Assembly: GCA_963749495.1 (NCBI GenBank)
Contig: CAVVMW010000021.1
Span: 832,001 to 896,000 of the forward strand
DNA from: an uncultured bacterium
Lineage (GTDB): Bacteria > Verrucomicrobiota > Verrucomicrobiia > Limisphaerales > UBA8199
DNA length: 64,000 nucleotides
Reading direction: 5' to 3'
Below are positions 52,064 through 60,901 of this stretch, piece by piece. Position 1 is the stretch's first letter, and each line of letters begins with the position of its first letter. The notes under the pieces are model-generated. The model made no database searches. It saw nothing but the letters and a program-made list of their open reading frames with translations, and was not told the origin of the DNA. The translations under genes and the position numbers were made by a program.

Positions 52064-54865
52064 TCACTGGCGGACACGGAAGAACTGGGCCGCGCCGGCA
52101 GCCGGGACCGTCTGCGGGCTGGTTGGCGTCCCGGACACGTTGTTCCACGGCCCGGTAATCTTGCTGGCCGATTGCAAGGTGCCGCCGCCCGGCCACGTGA
52201 TGACCACGTTCTGCCCCGACCGCGTGATCGTGAGCGTTGGGGCCACGACGATGCCTCCCAGCTTAGCCAGCGCGGCCACATCCGGCGCCGTGAGCAGCCG
52301 ATTATAGATCCGGACATCGTCCAACGCGCCAACCCAATAATCGCCGGCTTGATTGGGATTCTCGTTGTGACCCACTATCCAGAAGTTCGAGCCCGGCGGC
52401 GTGCGAATCGGTCCCGGGGCGTTAGTCACGACCTGCACCCCATTTTGGAACACATTATAGACGCCACTATCGCGCTCGTAAGTGACCACGTAATGCTCCC
52501 AGGTGCCGAGCGCCGGGTCCTGCGAACCAGCCGCCTGCGGGTAAAAGCCCATGCCCTGCCCTTGCCCCCACAGCACCCAGCCCTGGCCTGTTGGATCCAG
52601 ATAGGGCGAGATAACCCGGGGGAACGTGCCCGAGTTCGTCGCCATCCTGTCAATCCAGAAGCTAAAGCTGAATTGGTCCTGGTTGTCGAGGCTTATCGGT
52701 TGGGCATCCACACCGTCGCCGGTTACCGCGTAGTCGCCGTGCAAGGGGTCCACGGACCCGTCAGACAACAGGTTAAAGCTCAAGGCGCCGCCGATGCGGC
52801 CAGTCACCCATTGGGAATCGTCGCCGGGGTAATTGATCAGCATGAGGCTGTTCGAGCGGCCGGAAGAGTCGGTGGCCACCAACCCGCTGGTCTCATCGAA
52901 CTTCCAATCAGCAATGAGGCCGAAGGTCAGGTCCACCGTGCCGGGAGGACTGACCTGCAGGACCACGTTGCTGCCGGTGGCCGTGCCGGCTGAATTGCTC
53001 ACGACCACTCTGTAAGTGCCGGCATCCCCCGGTTGGGCGGAGCTCAAGGTCAGGACGCTGGTGGTGGCGCCGGTAATGCTCTGGCCGGCCTTCTCCCATT
53101 GATATTTGAGGTGGCCGCCGCTGGCTCGCACAAAGAAGGATATGGGCTGGCCGGTTTCTTCATAGTAGGTGCCCATCAACTCCTGGCCAATGGCCGGCTG
53201 GATCGCCGGGGCCGAGTCGAAAAGCGCCTGCGCATCGACATCGCTGAAGAGGCGGTTATAGACTCGCAGATCATCCAGTTCGCCGAAGAACTCATCCCCA
53301 GGCTGGCCCGGGGCCTCGTTATGGGCGATGATCCACTGGACCAGGCCCGGCGCCGGCTTGCTCACGGTGGCGCCCGTCACGGTCCTGATCCCGTTGCGAT
53401 AGACATTGTAAGTGCCCCCGGCCCGGTCGAAACTGATGACGAAGTGCTCCCAGGCGCCAATCAGCGGTTCCGGGGCTGAGGCCGCTACTGGCGGGTAAAA
53501 GCCCGGCCCGCCACCTTGTCCAAAGAGAACCCAATGGGTCGCATTGAACGGGCTGATAATCCTCGGGAACGAGCCTTCCATCAAGGAGGGCTCCCGCTTA
53601 ATCCAGAAGGCGAAGGCAAATTTGTCCTGGTTCGAAAAGTTAATCCCGTTGTCCGTCAAAATATAGTCAGCGTGATTCGCGTCAGTGCTTCCGTCCGCCA
53701 GTATGTTGATCCGCAACGCCCCGCCGACCCGGCCCGTGGTCCATTGGGAATCGTCGCCCACATAATTGAAGAGTGTGGCGTTGTTGCTCAGGCCGGAAGA
53801 ATCCGAGGCCTTCAAGCCCTGGGTTTCATCGAACGTCCACCAGGCAATCAAACCGTTGGTATAGTCCGGCACGAGCGGCGCCGGCTGGACCTGCACCACG
53901 GCAGGCTGAGAGTAGGCGACGCCGGCAGAATTGCTGGCCACCAAAACGTAGGTGCCGCTGTCCGTGAGTTGAATGTTGTTCAACGGCAGGGTCTGACCGG
54001 TCGCTTGCGGAACGTTCGCGCCGTTTTTCTGCCACTGGTAAGCCAAGGGGGCAGGGTCGCCGTTGGCGGTGCCAAACATCGGGAAGTTAAAGCCTGCCCT
54101 AGGCAGTCCGCCCTGCGGTTGTTGCAGGAAGACAGGTGGATTCGTGGGGGTAATTGTCGGGGCCAGATTGTACAAATCCTGGACGTCGGTCTGGGTCAGG
54201 AGCCGATTATAGACGCGCACATCGTCCAGCACGCCAATCCAATAATCCCCAGGCTGGCCCACGCCTTCGTTGTGGCCGATCACCCACTGAACCGCTCCCG
54301 GAGGGCCCTGCCCGGCGCTCGGGCCATCGGTCAACTGAGGCACGTTGTTGCTGTAAACACTATAGGTCTTGGCGTCCACGTCAGCCGTTACGACGTAATG
54401 TGTCCACTGGCCCACCGCCGGGTCGCCGCCGGGGATCTGACCCAGGTTCATGCCCAGGCCGCCGTTCTGGCCCCAGAGGACCCACCACTGCGTCGCCGGA
54501 GAGATGACGCGCGGATAGGTCCCTGTGCTCTGGGACATTCTCTTGATCCAGAAGCTGAAGGTATATTGGTGCTGCTGATTCGTGAACGTGATGGGTTTGT
54601 CGGTCAGGACGTAGTCGTTGTGGCCGATTATTTCGCCGTTGAAGAACAGCGCCCCGCCGATGACCCCGGGAACCCATTGAGAATTGTCTGCCGGGAAATT
54701 GAACAGCGAAGCGTTGTTGCCCAGGCCGGAGGTATCCGCGGCGGCCAACCCATTGGTCTCGTCGAACGTCCAATGGGCGATCAAACCGGACGTGATGTCG
54801 GCCCGCGCGCTGTTCCCCAGCAGGGCCACCGACAGACCCATCAGCAGGAAGGCATGGGTTCTCAT
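52064..54865 (-). CDS. Secreted LamG x3 / Ig x2 surface protein with C-terminal FFR domain
   Basis: Three GLIA.W.FDE..G..A.D.SG..LDD.R.YNR repeats; YQW.K.G Ig domains. Confidence 0.9.
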   Translation of the reverse strand: MRTHAFLLMGLSVALLGNSARADITSGLIAHWTFDETNGLAAADTSGLGNNASLFNFPADNSQWVPGVIGGALFFNGEIIGHNDYVLTDKPITFTNQQHQYTFSFWIKRMSQSTGTYPRVISPATQWWVLWGQNGGLGMNLGQIPGGDPAVGQWTHYVVTADVDAKTYSVYSNNVPQLTDGPSAGQGPPGAVQWVIGHNEGVGQPGDYWIGVLDDVRVYNRLLTQTDVQDLYNLAPTITPTNPPVFLQQPQGGLPRAGFNFPMFGTANGDPAPLAYQWQKNGANVPQATGQTLPLNNIQLTDSGTYVLVASNSAGVAYSQPAVVQVQPAPLVPDYTNGLIAWWTFDETQGLKASDSSGLSNNATLFNYVGDDSQWTTGRVGGALRINILADGSTDANHADYILTDNGINFSNQDKFAFAFWIKREPSLMEGSFPRIISPFNATHWVLFGQGGGPGFYPPVAASAPEPLIGAWEHFVISFDRAGGTYNVYRNGIRTVTGATVSKPAPGLVQWIIAHNEAPGQPGDEFFGELDDLRVYNRLFSDVDAQALFDSAPAIQPAIGQELMGTYYEETGQPISFFVRASGGHLKYQWEKAGQSITGATTSVLTLSSAQPGDAGTYRVVVSNSAGTATGSNVVLQVSPPGTVDLTFGLIADWKFDETSGLVATDSSGRSNSLMLINYPGDDSQWVTGRIGGALSFNLLSDGSVDPLHGDYAVTGDGVDAQPISLDNQDQFSFSFWIDRMATNSGTFPRVISPYLDPTGQGWVLWGQGQGMGFYPQAAGSQDPALGTWEHYVVTYERDSGVYNVFQNGVQVVTNAPGPIRTPPGSNFWIVGHNENPNQAGDYWVGALDDVRIYNRLLTAPDVAALAKLGGIVVAPTLTITRSGQNVVITWPGGGTLQSASKITGPWNNVSGTPTSPQTVPAAGAAQFFRVRQ

Positions 54866-55209
54866 AGTGGTTCTTTGCGTTGGATCGGACTTTGAATTTG
54901 CGGTCTGCGATGGAACGGGCGATGCGAGCGGATTGAGTTGGTCATTGTTCCCGGGCACATTGCCCGAGCCACGTGATCGCGTCAAGCATTCTCACGGAAC
55001 GAAGTTCAACCGTGCTCATCGTGTCACAAACCGGTCATCGTATCCGAAGGCTTCAGCCCCTTGCTTGCTTTGCCACGACTCACTCAAACAAGTTGGGCTT
55101 CTCGGGAACGAGGAAACTGTCTCCAACTGGACGGAGCGTCCAACCCCAGCGGAACCTCCACCCATCCTCGCCGTAAAGGGCCAAACATATAAGCAGGCTA
55201 AATCCTAAT

Positions 55210-55286
<77 letters not shown>

Positions 55287-55353
55287 ATCTGCCCTGAATT
55301 TACGGGCTTCCCAGGCTCTCCACAAGCTTTAAATCGGGATCTCCAACCGATTC

Positions 55354-55375
55354 GTCGCCACTTTGTCGCCACTTT
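55354..55375. repeat. Tandem 11-bp repeat GTCGCCACTTT x2
   Basis: Seen directly, 5' of the tRNA. Confidence 0.6.
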
Positions 55376-55626
55376 CCAGGGCATTCTCTGGCAGGATACA
55401 GATCGGCTGGCATTCAGGGGCGATCTCCCAGCCCGGCTCGAAGACCACGCCGACCCATGGCCAGCCTTTGCGAGGTTTGCCGGGGCGAAGACACGCGTTT
55501 TAGGATGCGGCACGGTTTATGCTAAGACCGTCGGTACACTTCGCCATGCGTAGCAATCCTCTCGCCTGCTCTACCGTCAGGATGGCAGGAGTCACCCGTC
55601 GGCCCGCTGTGCCAGGGCGAACTATA

Positions 55627-55830
55627 ATGAAGAAGGTCTCAGTCTGGATGGTGGCGCTTGCGTTCATGGTGGTCATTGCCGGCGCGCAGCCCGCCGGATT
55701 TCTCCACGCCAAAGACCAGCGCATCGTGGACGGCCAAGGCCGGGAAGTCCTGCTGCGCGGCATGGGTCGGCGGCTGGATGCTGCAAGAGGGATATATGCT
55801 CGGGATCCACAAAGAGGGCACGCAACATTC
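55627..55830 (+). pseudogene. 5' remnant of a secreted GH5-like hydrolase
   Basis: Signal peptide + GFLHAKDQRIVDGQGREVLLRGMG, then GWMLQEGYML in another frame. Confidence 0.7.
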
Positions 55831-55984
55831 TCCCTGAGAATGGGAGTGTTTCGCATCAGGTTTTCCGCGCTGGCGAAGTCGGCGGAGAATCGAGCCCCTC
55901 TCGGGCGGACACCGGGCGGCTTTGGCGGCAGTGGCGCTCCGAGTACCCGGCCGATTTCTCACTCCCGTAATCCTGGGCAAGGGT

Positions 55985-56869
55985 TCAAAAGCTCAGGAAC
56001 CAATGCTCGCCCTCGAAGCCGGGGAGCGGGTGTTTGCCGACCGGCGTGGTCGTGAGGCCCCCTCCGAGTCGCTGCGCCGCCGCCTCGCTCAACAGGCGAG
56101 GTTGCCCAAGCGTGGCCGCCAGCCTCTCCATCCGGAAGACAAAATTGACCTCCATCCCCAGGAGGCTTTCCTCGCCCATGGACGCCATCCCTCCCATCAG
56201 CACCTGGCCGCAGTGCAGGACCACGCGGAACGGGGGCTCGCTCTGTGCCTGCAACTGGCGCAACGCGCCCAGTGCCGCGACCAGCCGAGGCGGCGTCAGT
56301 TGGGTCGCCGGCCAGTAGGCCAACAAACCGTCGCCCAGATACTTGTTGATGGCGCCGCCCTCACCTTCGATGGCTTCCTTGCACCGGGCGAGCCAGGGGC
56401 CGATGAGCGCAGCCAGCGCCTCGGCATCCAGTCGCCGGCTCAGGCCCGATGAGCCTTCGATGTCCGCCAGCAGCAGCCAGCAGGGACAGGACTTCCTGGC
56501 GACCACAGTCTGGGTCGCGGTCAGCCTCGAGGCGGAGGGATCCTGGTCCGCGCCGCCGGCGACCCGGAACACCGCTTGGAACGCGCCGATCTGGATAGTG
56601 TCGCCGTTGCGGAGGCGGCTGGGTTTGCTCACACGCCGCCCGTTGAGGTAGGTGCCGTTGCTGCTGCCCAGGTCCAGCAGCCAGAATGCCCCCTCGCTCT
56701 GCGTGTGGATGATGGCGTGGTGGCGGGAAGCCCGTTCGTCGACCACCACGACCTGGTTGGTGGCCGCGCGGCCGAACGAGCAGTTGCCCTGGATCGGCAT
56801 GGCCAGACCATCGGCCTTCTCCAGCCACGCCGAGGACTCGGAGTTTTCTTTCACGGATACCGGCACCAT
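55985..56869 (-). CDS. FHA domain-class III adenylate cyclase
   Basis: FGR..ASRHHA..DLGSSNGT; LADIEGSS, KYLGDG, VNFVFRME. Confidence 0.9.
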   Translation of the reverse strand: MVPVSVKENSESSAWLEKADGLAMPIQGNCSFGRAATNQVVVVDERASRHHAIIHTQSEGAFWLLDLGSSNGTYLNGRRVSKPSRLRNGDTIQIGAFQAVFRVAGGADQDPSASRLTATQTVVARKSCPCWLLLADIEGSSGLSRRLDAEALAALIGPWLARCKEAIEGEGGAINKYLGDGLLAYWPATQLTPPRLVAALGALRQLQAQSEPPFRVVLHCGQVLMGGMASMGEESLLGMEVNFVFRMERLAATLGQPRLLSEAAAQRLGGGLTTTPVGKHPLPGFEGEHWFLSF

Positions 56870-56935
56870 AACATGCCAACGCCAGAAGTGGAAGCCCAGC
56901 GTTGCTGCCACAGGAGGGCGCACGAAGAATTCTTC

Positions 56936-56993
56936 CCTGCCGCATAAATGCGGCGTTCCGAGACGAACCGGAACGCCGCATTTATGCGGCAGG
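56936..56993. repeat. REP-like hairpin
   Basis: CCTGCCGCATAAATGCGGCGTTCC / GGAACGCCGCATTTATGCGGCAGG. Confidence 0.85.
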
Positions 56994-57105
56994 CGGACCC
57001 CTGGAAGAAATCTGTCGTGCGCCAGCCACAGGAATCCCGCCAAGGATGGGCTGGACAAGCCGGGATGGTTAGTTCATCTTGTGAACACTATGGGCCAAAG
57101 CTGTC

Positions 57106-60100
57106 ATGCAGGCGCATGAACCATCGTCCGGCGGCCGGAAGCAGGACATCCTCCGCCAGGCCTTGAAGCGGAAGACGCCGCTCGAGCGGGCGGCGTTCCT
57201 GGATGGGGCATGTGGCGGCGATGCGGCCTTGCGCGTGGAGATGGAGGCCTGGCTGGAGAGAAGCCCCGGGCTGAATGGGGAGGCTGGCGACGGCCCTCTG
57301 GAAAAAGGCGCCACCGAAGTCACGCCCACGCTCCTGGATCAAACACCCCTGACTGAGGGGCCGGGGACGGTCATTGGGCGCTACAAGCTGCTGGAGCAAA
57401 TCGGCGAGGGCGGCTTTGGGGTCGTGTATGTGGCCGAGCAGCAGGAGCCGGTTCGCCGCCAGGTGGCCCTGAAGATCATCAAGCTGGGGATGGACACGCG
57501 GCAGGTCGTGGCCCGATTCGAGGCCGAGCGGCAGGCGCTGGCGCTGATGGACCATCCCAACATCGCCAAGGTGTTCGATGCGGGCGCGACCGACAGCGGG
57601 CGGCCTTTCTTTGTGATGGAATTGGTGAAAGGTATTCCGATCACCAAGTACTGCGACCAGGAGAAGCTCAGCACCCATGATCGTTTGAAGCTGTTCATCG
57701 CCGTTTGCCAGGCCATTCAGCACGCGCACCAGAAGGGCATCATCCACCGCGACATCAAGCCCTCGAACATCCTGGTGACGGTGCAAGAGGGGAAGCCGGT
57801 GCCCAAGGTCATCGACTTTGGGATAGCCAAGGCGACCCAGCAGAGGCTCACGGAGAAGACCCTGCACACGCAATTGGAGCAACTCATAGGGACACCGGCG
57901 TACATGAGTCCGGAGCAGGCGGAGATGAGCGGCTTGGATATCGACACGCGCTCGGATATTTACAGCCTGGGTGTGCTGCTTTATGAACTGCTCACTGCCC
58001 GGACGCCATTCGATGCGAAAGAATTGCTGAAGTCGGGTTTGGATGAGATGCGGAAGATCATCCGGGAAAGTGAACCGCCTCGCCCCTCGACAAAGCTGAG
58101 CACCATGCTCGACGGCGAACTCACCACCACTGCCAAACATCGTGCGTCAGAACCCCCTAGACTCATCCATCTGGTACGTGGCGATCTCGATTGGATCGTC
58201 ATGAAGTGCCTGGAGAAGGACCGGACGCGGCGTTACGACACGGCCAATGGTCTGGCGGCCGATCTCAAGCGGCATCTTGACAACGAGCCGGTCGTAGCCC
58301 GGCCGCCCAGCACCGCCTACCGATTTCAGAAGCTGGTTCGCCGCAACAAACTCGCCTTCGCCGCGGCAGGAGCCGTCGGCGTGGCGCTGTTGTTAGGAAT
58401 CGTGGTGAGCACTTGGCAGGCGGTCCGGGCTTCGCGCGCGCAGCGAGAGCAGAAAAGGCTCTTTAATGAGGCCGAGGCTGCTCGGGCCAAAGAAGCCGCC
58501 CTGCGTGAACAAGCCGTCCAGGCACACATCGCCGCCGAGAGGAACCTGTACGCTGCCGATATTCTGCTGGCGTTTCAGGCCACGGAAAAGGGCAACCTCG
58601 GCCGTGTCCGCCGTCTCCTGGCCGCTCACCAGGCAGCCAGAAACCCACGACTTGCCTCAATGCCCAAGGAAGACCCGCGCGGCTGGGAATGGCGGTATCT
58701 TTGGGGCTGCTCCCGGGGCGATGAACTCATCACGTTGCGTGGCCACTCGAACAGTGTTCCGGCGGCGGTCTTCCTCAATGATGGGCGCACCGCAGTCAGC
58801 GCGAGCGCGGATCAGACGGTCCGATTTTGGAACATCGACAACGGCTCGCTCATCGAAACGCGGGCAGATCGCGGTGAGGCTCGCCGCGCTGCTATTTCTC
58901 CAGACGGGCGGTGGTTCGCGATAGGAGGCAGATTTGGCTACTGGAGCCTTTGGGATGCTGCGACCCGGCAGCCTGTGATGGGTAGAACGAATGCAACCGG
59001 AGTCAAAGGGCTTGCCTTCTCGCCGGACAGCCGCCAGGTGGCGGTCATTGATAGTCTGAGCGTGGAGGTCTGGAATGTCGCCGAGAAGCACTTGTTAAAG
59101 AGCTTTAGCCGGGGCTGGTCAGGCGATGTTCCGCTCAACAATTTCGTGCTGGGCATCGCGTTTTCTCCCGACGCCAAGAAGGTAGCCTACGCGAAGGCCA
59201 CTGACGAAGTCGTGATCCACGACTTGCAGTCCGATAACGAAACCACCGTGGGCAAATCGTCGCACGGAAACGCCCTGTCCCTGGCGTTCAGGCCGGATGG
59301 CCGTGTGCTCGCCTGGGCCGACCGCACGGGCATAGCGCTATGGGATCTGGAAAACCAGGCCCCGCCGCGGCGCCTCACGAACCATCTCGAGCAGGTTGTC
59401 TGCCTGGATTTCTCGCCCGACGGCAAACTCCTGGCGAGTGCGAGCGGCGATCAGACGATCAAATTGTGGAACACAGGTACCTGGGAAGAAGTCAGGACGC
59501 TCAAAGGTCATGAGGATGAGGTGCATACAGTGAGGTTTTCGCGGGATGGCAAGCTGCTCATTTCGGCCGGGAAGGATGAAACCGTGCGTGTTTGGAAAGT
59601 CGACCGGCCTGGCCCGCCCCGGAACTCGCTGACCCTGCGGGACTACTCGTTGGTGCCGCGTGCGAACCAGGAGCGTGCGCTGCTCCTGTCCGGGGACCGG
59701 GGCTCATCGAGGTCGTTGGACCTCAAAAGCCTCAGTATGAGCCCTGTTCAGGCGACTCCGCCAACACTGCGACTTGCCAGCGTGTTTTGCAGTCATGGGA
59801 GCAGCAATTTATTGGCCATTGCACTGCGAGAAGGCCCGGTCGAGATTTGGCGCACCGAGCCGTTCTCGAAATTGGGAGTTGTGGCGGTCTCACCCATTCC
59901 CGCGTTCGATGTGGCGCTGGGCGAAACCGGGCAGTGGCTCGCTGTCCAGCGGACCAATGACAATTTGGAAATTTGGGATGTAAAAGAAAATCGGTTGGTC
60001 AAGACCTTCCTCCCGGAGGGTATCCGGCCCGTTCACCTCTACGTTGCTGACCCCTTCTCCTTCTTTGCAGGCGACCGTCGCCTGGTGCGGGTACAGGGTG

Positions 60101-60588
60101 CGTCCAGCGAGGGCGATGAGAAGCTTGAAGTCCTGTTGCTGCCGGAAAAGGAGAGGAAGTTAATATACCCCAAGCACAAGGGGGCCTCGACCGGTTATGC
60201 CATCGACCGGGACGGTTTTCTGCTTGCCACCGCGGGCTGGGATGGACTTGTGAAACTCTGGGATCTACGCACGGGAAAGCAAGCTGCAACGCTGTCTGGG
60301 CAAATGGTGGGCTTCATGGGCCTGGCTTTCTCCCCTGAGGGATCGCGGCTGGCTGCTGGTGGCTGGGATGGCTCGATCACGCTTTGGGATGTCCGGACAC
60401 GACAACAAGTGGCCTTTTGGAAGGCTCACCCAAGGGCCTGCGGATGGCTCTCTTTTGTCGACGACGGGCGGGTGCTGGTGAGCACTGGCGAGACCCCTCA
60501 GGGCGGACATGAGGTAAGCGCCTGGCGCGCCCCATCCTGGGAGGAGATTGAGGCGGCGGAGAAAAGCGCGGAAGCGAAAAGTCAGTAA
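57106..60588 (+). CDS. Ser/Thr protein kinase-TM-WD40 protein
   Basis: [31 protein letters not shown], multiple WD40 repeats. Confidence 0.95.
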   Translation: MQAHEPSSGGRKQDILRQALKRKTPLERAAFLDGACGGDAALRVEMEAWLERSPGLNGEAGDGPLEKGATEVTPTLLDQTPLTEGPGTVIGRYKLLEQIGEGGFGVVYVAEQQEPVRRQVALKIIKLGMDTRQVVARFEAERQALALMDHPNIAKVFDAGATDSGRPFFVMELVKGIPITKYCDQEKLSTHDRLKLFIAVCQAIQHAHQKGIIHRDIKPSNILVTVQEGKPVPKVIDFGIAKATQQRLTEKTLHTQLEQLIGTPAYMSPEQAEMSGLDIDTRSDIYSLGVLLYELLTARTPFDAKELLKSGLDEMRKIIRESEPPRPSTKLSTMLDGELTTTAKHRASEPPRLIHLVRGDLDWIVMKCLEKDRTRRYDTANGLAADLKRHLDNEPVVARPPSTAYRFQKLVRRNKLAFAAAGAVGVALLLGIVVSTWQAVRASRAQREQKRLFNEAEAARAKEAALREQAVQAHIAAERNLYAADILLAFQATEKGNLGRVRRLLAAHQAARNPRLASMPKEDPRGWEWRYLWGCSRGDELITLRGHSNSVPAAVFLNDGRTAVSASADQTVRFWNIDNGSLIETRADRGEARRAAISPDGRWFAIGGRFGYWSLWDAATRQPVMGRTNATGVKGLAFSPDSRQVAVIDSLSVEVWNVAEKHLLKSFSRGWSGDVPLNNFVLGIAFSPDAKKVAYAKATDEVVIHDLQSDNETTVGKSSHGNALSLAFRPDGRVLAWADRTGIALWDLENQAPPRRLTNHLEQVVCLDFSPDGKLLASASGDQTIKLWNTGTWEEVRTLKGHEDEVHTVRFSRDGKLLISAGKDETVRVWKVDRPGPPRNSLTLRDYSLVPRANQERALLLSGDRGSSRSLDLKSLSMSPVQATPPTLRLASVFCSHGSSNLLAIALREGPVEIWRTEPFSKLGVVAVSPIPAFDVALGETGQWLAVQRTNDNLEIWDVKENRLVKTFLPEGIRPVHLYVADPFSFFAGDRRLVRVQGASSEGDEKLEVLLLPEKERKLIYPKHKGASTGYAIDRDGFLLATAGWDGLVKLWDLRTGKQAATLSGQMVGFMGLAFSPEGSRLAAGGWDGSITLWDVRTRQQVAFWKAHPRACGWLSFVDDGRVLVSTGETPQGGHEVSAWRAPSWEEIEAAEKSAEAKSQ

Positions 60589-60828
60589 CGCTGAATAATC
60601 TGACCGCGGTTCATCGCCCCCTCAGCCCGAGCGACAGCGAACGGCACCTCAGTCCGCTCCGTTTTTACAGGGACGATAGGAATTGACCCTTTGTTTCTAC
60701 GGGGAGAGGGGAAGTGTTGTCGCCTGCGGCGCCCGATCAACTCTCAGAGACGGACCAGCCCAGCGAAGCCCCAAGACTTTTTGAAAAATCCACCCCGAAG
60801 GCCGACGACAGCGCACGTGCCCAGATTG

Positions 60829-60889
60829 TCTGGCTGCTGGACCTGGGCAGCAGCAACGGCACCTGCCTCAACGGGCGGCGCGTGAGCAA
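60829..60889 (+). repeat. 61-bp inverted copy of an FHA-coding segment (56625-56685)
   Basis: 2 mismatches; encodes WLLDLGSSNGTCLNGRRVS. Confidence 0.9.
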
Positions 60890-60901
60890 GCTCGGCAGCA
60901 T

